From Fastidiosibacter lacustris (GTDB lineage: Bacteria > Pseudomonadota > Gammaproteobacteria > Francisellales > Francisellaceae): a DNA stretch of 32,000 nt. Both the position numbers and the translations under genes were made by a program. The stretch is from positions 1 through 32,000 of the forward strand of contig NZ_QLIR01000011.1 in the NCBI RefSeq assembly GCF_003428155.1, in the 5' to 3' direction. Under the pieces are notes generated by a model. The model did not search any database. It was not told where the DNA came from and was given only the letters and a program-made list of their open reading frames with translations. Below are positions 22,617 to 31,480 of this stretch, in pieces. Numbering within the stretch: the first letter of the stretch is position 1; each line of letters begins with the position of its first letter.

Positions 22617-25600
22617 TTATTCTAAAGGATGACTCTTATTGATTTGAGCAATGATTTTTTCTTCCTCTTTCCAGCGAGCGATAAGCGCACGACGATCTTT
22701 AGCAAGGTAGCTATACACAACAGGTACAACGAATAACGTAAACATGGTACCAATTGTCATACCTGAGGCAATCACAATACCGATAGATTGTCGGCTAACG
22801 GCACCAGCACCAGTTGCAATAACAAGCGGAACGACACCAACAACCATTGCAGCAGTGGTCATCAAAATGGGGCGTAAACGAAGTGCAGCTGATTTTAAAA
22901 TAGCTTCAACTTTATTGTAACCTTCTTCTTGTAATTTATTGGCAAATTCCACAAGTAGAATGCCATGTTTACTAATAAGTCCAATGAGTGTAATTAGACC
23001 GACTTGGGTGTATATATTAATTGAAGCATAGCCTAAATTAAAGATCTGACCTAAATATAACGGAATAAGGGCGCCACAGATTGACATTGGTACGCTAATG
23101 AGAATAATGAAAGGGTCTCTAAAGCTTTCAAACTGTGCAGCAAGCATTAAGAAGATAACGATTAATGCAAATAGGAAAGCAATCGCCATTTGGTTCGTAT
23201 TTCCCAGATATTGCCTAACAGAACCTGCATAGTCATGAGTATAACCTTGTGGTAATTCATTTTTTGCTAGGTTTTGCATATATTCAATTGCTTGCCCTTG
23301 ACTAATACCGGGTGTAGTAACTGCATTAATTGTTGCAGAGTTTAACTGTTGAAAACGATTTAAGCTGAGTGGCATACTTTGAGTTTCAAAGGTGACAATA
23401 GATGACAGTGGGATTAACTTACCACTTGCTGTGGCAATACGGATTTGCCCGAGTTGTTCTTTTGTGAGTTTCATGTCATTTGCAAGTTCTGGAATGACTT
23501 GATAACTATAGCCAAGCATACTGAAGTAGTTAACATAGCCACCAGAATAAGCATAACCTAATGCCTGGGCAATTTTCTGCATGCTAATGCCAAGGGAGGC
23601 GGCTTTTTCTCGATCAATGTTGATGACCATTTGCGGATTATCAAATTGAAGGTCGCTTTGAGCAAAAACAAATAAGCCACTTGTCATCATTTTCTTTATG
23701 ATATTATTCGCAATATCATAAATACTAGGGTAGCTATTAATAGATTGAATGACAAACTGCATAGGTGGTCCAAAAGAAACTCCAGGTAAAGATGGCATTT
23801 CAAATGTATAAATTTGCGAGCCAGCGACATTATTGGTAAGGTTTTGTAAAATTGATTTAAGCTCCATTTGTGTTTCTTTGCGCTCATTCCAAGGTTTAAG
23901 TACGACGCCACCAAAACTACTATTGCTTTGTGGGTAGCCATTAACGACAAAGGTTGATTGTACACCCGTTAGGCTTTGCATATCTTTATAAAGTGCAGGT
24001 GAAAATGTATCTAAATAATGAATGTTAGCAGGTGAGGGAGCAGTACCTTGAATACCAATAAAGGCTTGATCTTCTGTAGGTGCAAGCTCAGATTTTGTGC
24101 CTGAAAATAAGAAGTAACAGCTAATAACCACAACGGCACCAAATAAGATAATAACGATACGCACACTCATCACCGTACGTAAAGCCTTTTCATAAGCATT
24201 TTTAAGTTTCTCAAAAGTGGAATCAATGAATTTAACTGTTTTTGTTTCGGTGATTGATTTTGACAATACTTTTGAACAAAGCATAGGTGAAAAGGTGTAA
24301 GCAACGATTCCTGAGATCACTACAGCACCTGCAAGTGAATAAGCAAATTCAGTAAATAATATACCCGTTAAGCCGCCCATCATCCCGATTGGTAAATATA
24401 CAGCAACGAGTGTTAAAGTCATCAAAATAACCGGATTAGCGATTTCTCTGGCTCCTTGAATTGCGGCTTCAAAAGGAGTTGCACCTTCTTCAATATGACG
24501 ATAAATGTTCTCAAGTACTACAATTGCGTCATCGACTACAAGACCAATTGCAAGTACCATTGATAGTAGTGTTAAAAGATTAATAGAAAAGCCCATTAAG
24601 AACATAAAGAGAAATGCGCCAATCATTGATAGCGGAATTGCAGCAACAGGGATAATTACTGAGCGAATGGAGCCAATAAATAGAAATAACACAATCGTCA
24701 CAATAACAATTGCTTCAATAAGGGTTTTAACAACGTCATGAATGGATGCTTTAATATAGGTTGTATTATCATAAACGATATTCATGTTAAGACCAGCTGG
24801 TAAGCTTGTCTCAATTGTTGATAAGTTTTTCATGATATTATCGACAACTGTTAATACGTTAGCATCTGATGCAGTCACAACGCCTGCAAAGACCCCGTAT
24901 TTGCCATTGAAGCTAACATTGGAGGTATAAGTTTGTGCGCCAAGCTCTACATTTGCAACGTTACCTATACGTACCAAATTACCATTTTCGTTTTTGACAA
25001 CGAGTTGCTCGTATGCTTGGGCTGAATCTAAGTTAGTCGTTGGATTAAGTGTGAAATTAAAGTAAGGTCCTTTAATTTGCCCGCCTGCAGCGATTAAGCT
25101 ATTGACCTGCAAAGCATTAGCAATATCATCAGGTGTCACATTAAAACGTGCCATATTGTCATAGTTTAACCAAATGCGCATCGCATAGTTTTTCTCGCCC
25201 CAGATAATCACATTTGAAATGCCACCTAACGACTGTAATTTAGGTGTAAGTTGATTTTTTATATAAGCAGTAATTTCTTGTTCATTTAAGGCATTACTGG
25301 TAAAGCTTAAAATAAGGGAAGGAAAAGAGTTCCCAGATTGCATTTCAATAGAGGGTGATTGCGCGCCTTGTGGCATTTGGTTTTGTACTGCATTAACTTT
25401 TTGTACGACCTGACTTAAGACGTTGTTTGGATCAGACCCAAGTTTAACATTAATCGTAAGGGTGCTTAAGCCCAACGTGCTTGTTGAAGTCATATAATCA
25501 ATGCCATCAGCACTTCCAACTGACTGTTCAAGTGGAGTGGTAATAAAGCCTTGGATAATGGAAGGGTTAGCTCCAGGATAAGCAGTTGTTACAATAATAG

Positions 25601-25730
25601 TCGCATTGTTCATGTAGGGGTATTGGCGAACTTGTAAAGTCAATGCTGTACCAATACCTGCAGCTAAAATGAGTAAGCTTATGACCGTAGATAGAACAGG
25701 CCGCTTTATAAAAATATCAATAAAATGCAT
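22617..25730 (-). CDS. RND (HAE1-type) efflux transporter permease
   Basis: 1037 aa; MHFIDIFIKRPVLSTVISLLI, GLVVDDAIVVLENIYRH, NPVILMTLTLVAVYLPIG, LRLRPILMTTAAMVVGVVPL. Confidence 0.95.
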   Translation of the reverse strand: MHFIDIFIKRPVLSTVISLLILAAGIGTALTLQVRQYPYMNNATIIVTTAYPGANPSIIQGFITTPLEQSVGSADGIDYMTSTSTLGLSTLTINVKLGSDPNNVLSQVVQKVNAVQNQMPQGAQSPSIEMQSGNSFPSLILSFTSNALNEQEITAYIKNQLTPKLQSLGGISNVIIWGEKNYAMRIWLNYDNMARFNVTPDDIANALQVNSLIAAGGQIKGPYFNFTLNPTTNLDSAQAYEQLVVKNENGNLVRIGNVANVELGAQTYTSNVSFNGKYGVFAGVVTASDANVLTVVDNIMKNLSTIETSLPAGLNMNIVYDNTTYIKASIHDVVKTLIEAIVIVTIVLFLFIGSIRSVIIPVAAIPLSMIGAFLFMFLMGFSINLLTLLSMVLAIGLVVDDAIVVLENIYRHIEEGATPFEAAIQGAREIANPVILMTLTLVAVYLPIGMMGGLTGILFTEFAYSLAGAVVISGIVAYTFSPMLCSKVLSKSITETKTVKFIDSTFEKLKNAYEKALRTVMSVRIVIILFGAVVVISCYFLFSGTKSELAPTEDQAFIGIQGTAPSPANIHYLDTFSPALYKDMQSLTGVQSTFVVNGYPQSNSSFGGVVLKPWNERKETQMELKSILQNLTNNVAGSQIYTFEMPSLPGVSFGPPMQFVIQSINSYPSIYDIANNIIKKMMTSGLFVFAQSDLQFDNPQMVINIDREKAASLGISMQKIAQALGYAYSGGYVNYFSMLGYSYQVIPELANDMKLTKEQLGQIRIATASGKLIPLSSIVTFETQSMPLSLNRFQQLNSATINAVTTPGISQGQAIEYMQNLAKNELPQGYTHDYAGSVRQYLGNTNQMAIAFLFALIVIFLMLAAQFESFRDPFIILISVPMSICGALIPLYLGQIFNLGYASINIYTQVGLITLIGLISKHGILLVEFANKLQEEGYNKVEAILKSAALRLRPILMTTAAMVVGVVPLVIATGAGAVSRQSIGIVIASGMTIGTMFTLFVVPVVYSYLAKDRRALIARWKEEEKIIAQINKSHPLE

Positions 25731-25742
25731 ATGCCTTTTTTC

Positions 25743-26948
25743 CTATGGATTGTTTTTAAAGTTATAGTCATTGTTGATGATGGCACTGCTACCGTTTTGT
25801 AATTTATTTTGACCAGAAGTTGCAACAATTTCATTTGCTTTTATGCCTTCTACAATAACTTCATTATTATTAGTCATAGTTGTTTTTACCGGAATTTGTT
25901 TGGCAGTGTATTGCTGTTTACCTGTTGAAATAATTTGAGCTTGACCGTCTTTAAATGCACTATATTCAGCTATAACAGGCTTACCATCTTTGTAATCAGA
26001 TACAAGTACAAATACAGTTTCACCATAAAGGGCGTAGCTTACCGCGTTACGTGGAATGATAATAGTGTTATCAATTGGAGGCAAAATAACGCTAACGTCT
26101 AAGAACATACCAGGGTAAATCAAATATTGTTGATCTTTATTATCATAGGTGGCTTGGACATTGATTGCGCGATTATCACTAGTAATTTCTGAGTTAAGCG
26201 CTGTAATTTTTGCTTTAAATACTTTCCTTGGATAGGTATCGCTACTAAATTCGATTTCACCATCGACGTGTAAGTTGCTTAAGTAATTTTGAGTAACGGT
26301 AAAGTTAATGTAGATAGGTGAAATTTCGGTGAGTGTTGCAGCATTATTACCAGCACTGAAATATTGACCAAGACTGATTTGACGAAGACCAATTTTACCA
26401 TCAAATGGGGCTTTAACAATGTGATAACCAATATTAGCTTGAATGGAGGCAACGTTTGCAAGATTTGCTTCATATTTTGCTTTAGACTCATCTGCTGTTT
26501 GTTGTGAAATAGCTTGTTGTTTAACAAGATCCAGGTCGCGCTCATAAGTAATTCTAGCAAGTTCCAGATCAGCTTGAGCTTGTTTTAATTGTGCTTGTAA
26601 TTGTTGTGTATCCAACGTGAAAAGTACTTGTCCTTTTTTGACCATTTGTCCTGCTTCAAACGAAATAGAGGAAACTAAGCCTGAAGCTTGTGCAGTAACG
26701 TTAACATTTTGGATAGCTACGGCTTCGCCTATGGTTTTAACCGTTGGATACCAAGTTTGTGCTTTTGCTTGAGTGGCGGTCACTTCAGGTGGTTGCATTT
26801 TCCAAGTTGCCATTGCAGCTGCTTTTTTGCCGTTGACAAAGGCTGCAAAACCAAATATACCACCAAATACTACAACGAGTATGGCAATAACGATAATAAA
26901 AGCCGTAATGAACTTCTTTTTTGAAGCCTGTTGAACATGCTCAACCAT
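25743..26948 (-). CDS. RND efflux periplasmic adaptor (membrane fusion protein)
   Basis: 401 aa; VNVTAQASGLVSSISFEAGQMVKKGQVLFTLDTQQLQAQLKQAQADLELA, VKAPFDGKIGLRQISLGQYFSAG, IPRNAVSY. Confidence 0.93.
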   Translation of the reverse strand: MVEHVQQASKKKFITAFIIVIAILVVVFGGIFGFAAFVNGKKAAAMATWKMQPPEVTATQAKAQTWYPTVKTIGEAVAIQNVNVTAQASGLVSSISFEAGQMVKKGQVLFTLDTQQLQAQLKQAQADLELARITYERDLDLVKQQAISQQTADESKAKYEANLANVASIQANIGYHIVKAPFDGKIGLRQISLGQYFSAGNNAATLTEISPIYINFTVTQNYLSNLHVDGEIEFSSDTYPRKVFKAKITALNSEITSDNRAINVQATYDNKDQQYLIYPGMFLDVSVILPPIDNTIIIPRNAVSYALYGETVFVLVSDYKDGKPVIAEYSAFKDGQAQIISTGKQQYTAKQIPVKTTMTNNNEVIVEGIKANEIVATSGQNKLQNGSSAIINNDYNFKNNP

Positions 26949-26951
26949 GAT

Positions 26952-27473
26952 TTATCCTTTTTTAGTGTTTTTAAGATGATGTGTAGAGTTATAAAACAAA
27001 AATTGCCAAAAATGTAGCGCAGAAAATATGATAAAGATCATAAAGCTATACGCTGCCATGCTTAAACCAAATAGTTGCCAGTCAATTTGCGAGCAATCTG
27101 GTCCACTGGTAAATAAAGCTTTTACAAAGTTCAAAAGCGGTAGGTTTTGGAATAAGCTATCAACACCGGCTTCACAGCTTCCAATATATTTGCTAGGATG
27201 CCATTGCATCCAAACTTGTTTAAGGGCAATAAGTGCACCAAGTAGCGAAATAATTCCAATTATAAAACTATAAATACGCACACCAGTGGTTTGTGGTCGA
27301 TGCAGTAGTGCAATCAATGAAACAACGGTGAGCAGCAAAATTGCAAATTGTTGTAGTAAACACATTGGACAGGGTTTTAAGCCTGTGAATTCAAAGTATA
27401 TAATGCCAAAGATGACTAATAAGCCTGTCATAAAGCTTTTAAAATAAAAATGGGGACTTCTAAATCCGTGCAT
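26952..27473 (-). CDS. dsbB: Disulfide bond formation protein DsbB
   Basis: Four TM segments, GLKPCPMCLLQQFAI CxxC loop and second Cys pair (IGSCEAG...SGPDCSQ). Confidence 0.9.
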   Translation of the reverse strand: MHGFRSPHFYFKSFMTGLLVIFGIIYFEFTGLKPCPMCLLQQFAILLLTVVSLIALLHRPQTTGVRIYSFIIGIISLLGALIALKQVWMQWHPSKYIGSCEAGVDSLFQNLPLLNFVKALFTSGPDCSQIDWQLFGLSMAAYSFMIFIIFSALHFWQFLFYNSTHHLKNTKKG

Positions 27474-27627
27474 GACGCTTCCTTAGTTTGCCATTGCTTT
27501 GTAAAAAAAGCGTAATTATAGACAAAAAAGTCATGAAGTCATTAGCTAAGCTAGTAGGATGTAAATAAGAATGAATGTAAAAAGTACCCTGTTGCGTCAT
27601 TTCTAGCTTTACCTTAATATAAACGTA

Positions 27628-27639
27628 GAACGGTCGTTC
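27628..27639. promoter_or_regulatory. Candidate TetR-type operator overlapping a putative dsbB-RND promoter
   Basis: gaacg-gt-cgttc inverted repeat; on the minus strand it is followed by TATATT (27616-27621), a plausible -10. Confidence 0.35.
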
Positions 27640-27695
27640 ATTCTAATGAGTGTTTGCAGAAAAATAAATAAAATCATTTTCTTCCTTATCGATTG

Positions 27696-28406
27696 TTATA
27701 AATGCGTTAAAATATTTTTGCGTAAAAAAGACTCGCATAATGCACGACCTGCTATGACAAAATCATCATTAAACGTAAGTAATAAGTTATCCGCAGTAAT
27801 TTTAAGTGCGGTATCAATATTAAATCCAGACTCAAAAACCTCAACTAGGCGAGCACTTAGTAAATTTACTTCCATAAAACAAACTTTAAAATCATAATTA
27901 CGGTAAACAATTAAAAATGTAGGGTTTAGAGGTGGATTAAGTGGTAAATAATTTCTGCATATTTGATGGACAGGGAATTGGTAAATTAAAACACGAGTAC
28001 TAGTGTTACGAATAAGTGTATCTTTATTATCAATAATTTCTTTAGGTTGGTAATCGGGTGAAATTTCGACCTCAAGTTCAATCCACTCATAGTGCATAAG
28101 TTCGACTAGAAATGGAAAACTGAGTTTAGGTAGTCCATTTAGGTAGTCAACAAATTGTTTAGGGATATGGTAAAAATAAGGGCTCGTTGCACTGTGGTCT
28201 TTAATGAAACCTTTAACTAATTTATGCCATTGAGAAGAAGTTAAAATAGAAAAACTAACAGGAAAGGCGCGCTTAAGTATACTATTGATATTGTTGTATA
28301 TAAGTTCTTGATAAATTTGCATACGATTATCATGAACATTGACAATTGATTTTAAGGTGGATTGATTACGGATATTATGAGCAAAGTCAGACATCGTATC
28401 AAACAT
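27696..28406 (-). CDS. DUF2063/BufC-HvfC-like MNIO partner protein
   Basis: HDNRMQIYQELIYNNINSILKRAFPVSFSILTSSQWHKLVKGFIKDHSATSPYFYHIPKQFVDYLNGL fits the DUF2063 N-terminal pattern. Start overlaps the DUF692 gene stop (TAATG). Confidence 0.85.
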   Translation of the reverse strand: MFDTMSDFAHNIRNQSTLKSIVNVHDNRMQIYQELIYNNINSILKRAFPVSFSILTSSQWHKLVKGFIKDHSATSPYFYHIPKQFVDYLNGLPKLSFPFLVELMHYEWIELEVEISPDYQPKEIIDNKDTLIRNTSTRVLIYQFPVHQICRNYLPLNPPLNPTFLIVYRNYDFKVCFMEVNLLSARLVEVFESGFNIDTALKITADNLLLTFNDDFVIAGRALCESFLRKNILTHL

Positions 28407-29248
28407 TATTCAAATACCTTTGATTCACATCTGTTATGAATAGACTTAATCGTACTAAGTTCTTGTTGCAACGATAATAAGTTTGGAATATTAAAATCAC
28501 GCTCAAGAAGTGTTGGGAAAAAGCCATGTGTTTGATAAGTGTACTGTAGTAGCTGCCACACAGAGCTATTTACATCTTCACCATGCGTATCGATAATTAA
28601 ACTGTCTGTTTTTTGACAGTGACCAGCAATATGAATATAACAAATTTTATTGGTTGGTAGTTGGTCAATAAACGTATAAGGGTTATAGCCATGATTAATG
28701 CTATTGACATAAACATTGTTGACGTCTAAGAGTAGCTGACATCCAGATTCTTGAATAACGATATTTAAGAAATCAATTTCTTTAATGACTTGAATAGGAG
28801 CAGCATAATATGAGATATTCTCTAATACAAGAGGTTGTTCGATTATATCTTGGACTTGTTTAATTTTCATAACAACGTGTTTGATTGTCTTGTCATGAAA
28901 AGGCAAAGGTAATAAGTCATATAGATAGCCTTGTGCATCGCTACAGAAGCTTAGATGCTCACTATATATCAAAATATTATATTCACGCATAAAGGCTTTA
29001 ATTGACTTAATAAATTTGATATTAAGTGGTGCAATACTACCAATAGAAAGATTAAGCCCATGCAATACAATAGGAAGCTTTTGCAGGTATTGGTTAAGTA
29101 AATGTTTACGCTTACCACCCATTCCAAGCCAGTTTTCAGGCGCAATTTCAATAAAATCAACAATATCGGTTTGTGCTAAAAGTGTGTTAAAAAACTCTTG
29201 CCTTAGTCCCAAGCCAATTGCTTTATGATGGATAGTAAGATTAGTCAT
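28406..29248 (-). CDS. DUF692-family multinuclear non-heme iron oxidative enzyme (MNIO, BufB/HvfB-like)
   Basis: GLGLRQEFF, VDFIEIAPENWLGMGG, VLHGLNLSIGS, YSEHLSFC, VLENISYY, LLLDVNNVYVNSINHGY, YIHIAGHC, DTHGEDVN, LLERDFN, all diagnostic. Confidence 0.92.
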   Translation of the reverse strand: MTNLTIHHKAIGLGLRQEFFNTLLAQTDIVDFIEIAPENWLGMGGKRKHLLNQYLQKLPIVLHGLNLSIGSIAPLNIKFIKSIKAFMREYNILIYSEHLSFCSDAQGYLYDLLPLPFHDKTIKHVVMKIKQVQDIIEQPLVLENISYYAAPIQVIKEIDFLNIVIQESGCQLLLDVNNVYVNSINHGYNPYTFIDQLPTNKICYIHIAGHCQKTDSLIIDTHGEDVNSSVWQLLQYTYQTHGFFPTLLERDFNIPNLLSLQQELSTIKSIHNRCESKVFE

Positions 29249-29280
29249 TGTGTATATTTGTTCAACTCAGGTATGCGTTA

Positions 29281-29577
29281 TTACATAGTTGAATCACTGT
29301 CACATGAGCCACTTTCACAATTTGCATCAGAGGTGTTATCAGATGAGTACATGCCACTACATTGACCTTCACCACACTTACCTGCCCCGCATTTTGCATC
29401 TTCAAGTTTAATATTATCGGCATTAGGGTTTTGATCGGCTTGCATACTGTTAGTTTGGGCATTGGCATAACCTGAATTCATGTCATTACTTTGGAAATTG
29501 GTATTGTTTGCAAAAGTGCTACTAGACATACCAAAAGCTAAAGCGGCTGTGATAAGGGCAGATTTTTTGGTGTTCAT
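29281..29577 (-). CDS. Small Cys-rich exported peptide, candidate bufferin/MNIO-RiPP precursor (98 aa)
   Basis: Sec-type signal MNTKKSALITAALAFGMSSSTFA, then EDAKCGAGKCGEGQCSG...NCESGSCDSDS. Strong RBS (AAGGAG) and immediately upstream of the DUF692 and DUF2063 genes. Confidence 0.82.
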   Translation of the reverse strand: MNTKKSALITAALAFGMSSSTFANNTNFQSNDMNSGYANAQTNSMQADQNPNADNIKLEDAKCGAGKCGEGQCSGMYSSDNTSDANCESGSCDSDSTM

Positions 29578-29650
29578 TTATTTATCTCCTTGTTTGGGTT
29601 GTTAGAAAATTCCTTTCCTTAACTACTTTGTGCAGTCATAATCTAAATTC

Positions 29651-29672
29651 TTGATGGGGGAGACCCCTGCAA
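29651..29672. promoter_or_regulatory. Dyad element at the putative promoter of the MNIO operon
   Basis: TTGATGGGG-GAGA-CCCCTGCAA: interrupted inverted repeat TTG..GGGG/CCCC..CAA, 74 nt upstream of the precursor ATG. Confidence 0.35.
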
Positions 29673-29943
29673 ATTACTGAATTATCGCACAAAATATTAA
29701 GATTTAACTGACAAAATCATAACTGAAAAACAAAAAAATGCACTATTTATATTACAGAATTTTATGATAAGTCAAAAACTAACAGAGATGTGGGCATATG
29801 ATATAATCCCAACAGCGAAATGGATTGCCGTTAACGTCGATAGGTATACTATTTCAGATGAGACTGTATATTGCTTGAATCAAGTAAAGGTTGAGCAGAT
29901 TGCGAGAGATTTATGAAAAAATTTAGCAAAGAAGAACGTTAAA

Positions 29944-30489
29944 ATGATGAGACTAAAATTTGAGAAAGTAAATAGCGCTTATAAAGCTATGATTCTTAGT
30001 TGGCTTAGTGAAAAACACGTTCAAGAATTTTATTATGGAGATGGGCTTAAAAATACGCTAAACAACCTTGAGCTTTATTGTCAGGGGGTTAATGATAATG
30101 GGAGTTATACTTTCAACCAGTGGGTGGCATTTTGTAATGATAAACCGTTTGGTTTTTTAATTACCACTTTCATCAATGGACCATATGATCCAAACCATAA
30201 TTATGATAAGTGGTATGTAGAAGGTAAAAAAATGTTGACGTTAGATCTTCTTATTGGTGCAAAAGAATTTCTTGACCAAGGGTTAAGTTATAAAATGATC
30301 AAGGCGTTTATATTAGATCAGTTTTCAGAGGTTGATTATTTCATTATTAACCCAGAAAAAGCAAATACAAAAGCAATTTATGTTTATGAAAAACCCGGGT
30401 TTAAGAGCCTTGAGGAGTTTCTCCCCACTAACAACCCTAAGCCACATTTAATGATGCGCTTAGCAGTAAAGGATTTAAAAAATGGATAG
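29944..30489 (+). CDS. GNAT-family N-acetyltransferase (AAC(6')-like)
   Basis: WLSEKHVQEFYYGDG, NQWVAFCNDKPFGFLITT, LTLDLLIGAKEFLDQGLSYKMIKAFILDQF, PEKANTKAIYVYEKPGFKSLEEF match the acetyltransferase fold pattern. Confidence 0.75.
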   Translation: MMRLKFEKVNSAYKAMILSWLSEKHVQEFYYGDGLKNTLNNLELYCQGVNDNGSYTFNQWVAFCNDKPFGFLITTFINGPYDPNHNYDKWYVEGKKMLTLDLLIGAKEFLDQGLSYKMIKAFILDQFSEVDYFIINPEKANTKAIYVYEKPGFKSLEEFLPTNNPKPHLMMRLAVKDLKNG

Positions 30490-30508
30490 ACCGTTGCAAC
30501 AAGAAGAA

Positions 30509-31480
30509 ATGAAAATATCGGTGAATGACAATATAAAAAAAGGTTCTGCCTTTGCACCTGCAACAAGTGCTAACTTTGCTGTAGGTTTTGATTTAATGGG
30601 TTTTGCTATTTCAGGTGTGGGTGATATTGTGCATTTAACACGTAGAGATGATGATCAGCTTGTCATTAAAGATATTAAAGGTGTGCTTACGAAGAACGAT
30701 CTAAGTTTAAATATAGATAAAAACGTCTGTGGCGCAGTAATTAAGAAATTTATAAACGACCATCATTTAAAAATAGGATTGGATATCACGATTGAAAAAG
30801 GCATTCCCATTGGATCAGGTATCGGCGGGTCTGCGGCCTCATCTGTAGCGGCAATCCTAGCGGTGAATGAATTTTTACAAGCGCCATTACCAAAGGAGCG
30901 TTTGATTGATTATGCTATTTATGGTGAGAGTTTAACCTCAGGGGGCGCTTATCATGGTGATAATGCCGTACCTGCAATGTTTGGAGGTTTAGTTTTACTA
31001 CAAAACTCACAGCCATGCAAGTTTATTCAACTGCCAACGCTTGAGCTTTATGCCGCTGTTGTGGTGCCAAAGCTTCAAATAGAAACAAAAGAAGCACGTA
31101 AACTCATTGATGTGCCTTTTAATATAAAAGATTTTGTTGCCCAAAGTGCAAAAACAGCAGCTGTTATTAGTGCGCTTTATGAGAAAAATATAAAAAGGTT
31201 GACAGAAAATTTTATTGATATTTTAGTAGAGCCAAAGCGTAAACTCCTAATTAGAGGCTATGATCAGGCTAAGGATAAAGCTTTAGCGCTAGGTGCTTTA
31301 GGATTTGGGATTTCTGGCTCGGGACCTGCTGTATTTGCTTTGGCTTGTGAGCGACAAACATCTACATACATTGCATCGGAATTACAACAAATTTTTCAAA
31401 AAGAGGGCTTGGATAGTCAAGCTTATGTAAATCCACTTAACGTAGAGGGTGCAAGAATAATAACGCGAGAGGAAAGATGA
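30509..31480 (+). CDS. thrB: Homoserine kinase (GHMP kinase); start inferred (track ORF 30482)
   Basis: FAPATSANFAVGFDLMGFAI, KGIPIGSGIGGSAASSVAAILAVNEFL, GALGFGISGSGPAVFAL; directly followed by threonine synthase. Confidence 0.93.
   Translation: MKISVNDNIKKGSAFAPATSANFAVGFDLMGFAISGVGDIVHLTRRDDDQLVIKDIKGVLTKNDLSLNIDKNVCGAVIKKFINDHHLKIGLDITIEKGIPIGSGIGGSAASSVAAILAVNEFLQAPLPKERLIDYAIYGESLTSGGAYHGDNAVPAMFGGLVLLQNSQPCKFIQLPTLELYAAVVVPKLQIETKEARKLIDVPFNIKDFVAQSAKTAAVISALYEKNIKRLTENFIDILVEPKRKLLIRGYDQAKDKALALGALGFGISGSGPAVFALACERQTSTYIASELQQIFQKEGLDSQAYVNPLNVEGARIITREER

Noticed and set aside
27646-27897. 83-aa forward ORF near the DUF2063 gene 3' end
   Set aside because: Antisense to the DUF2063 gene for most of its length; no recognised domain.
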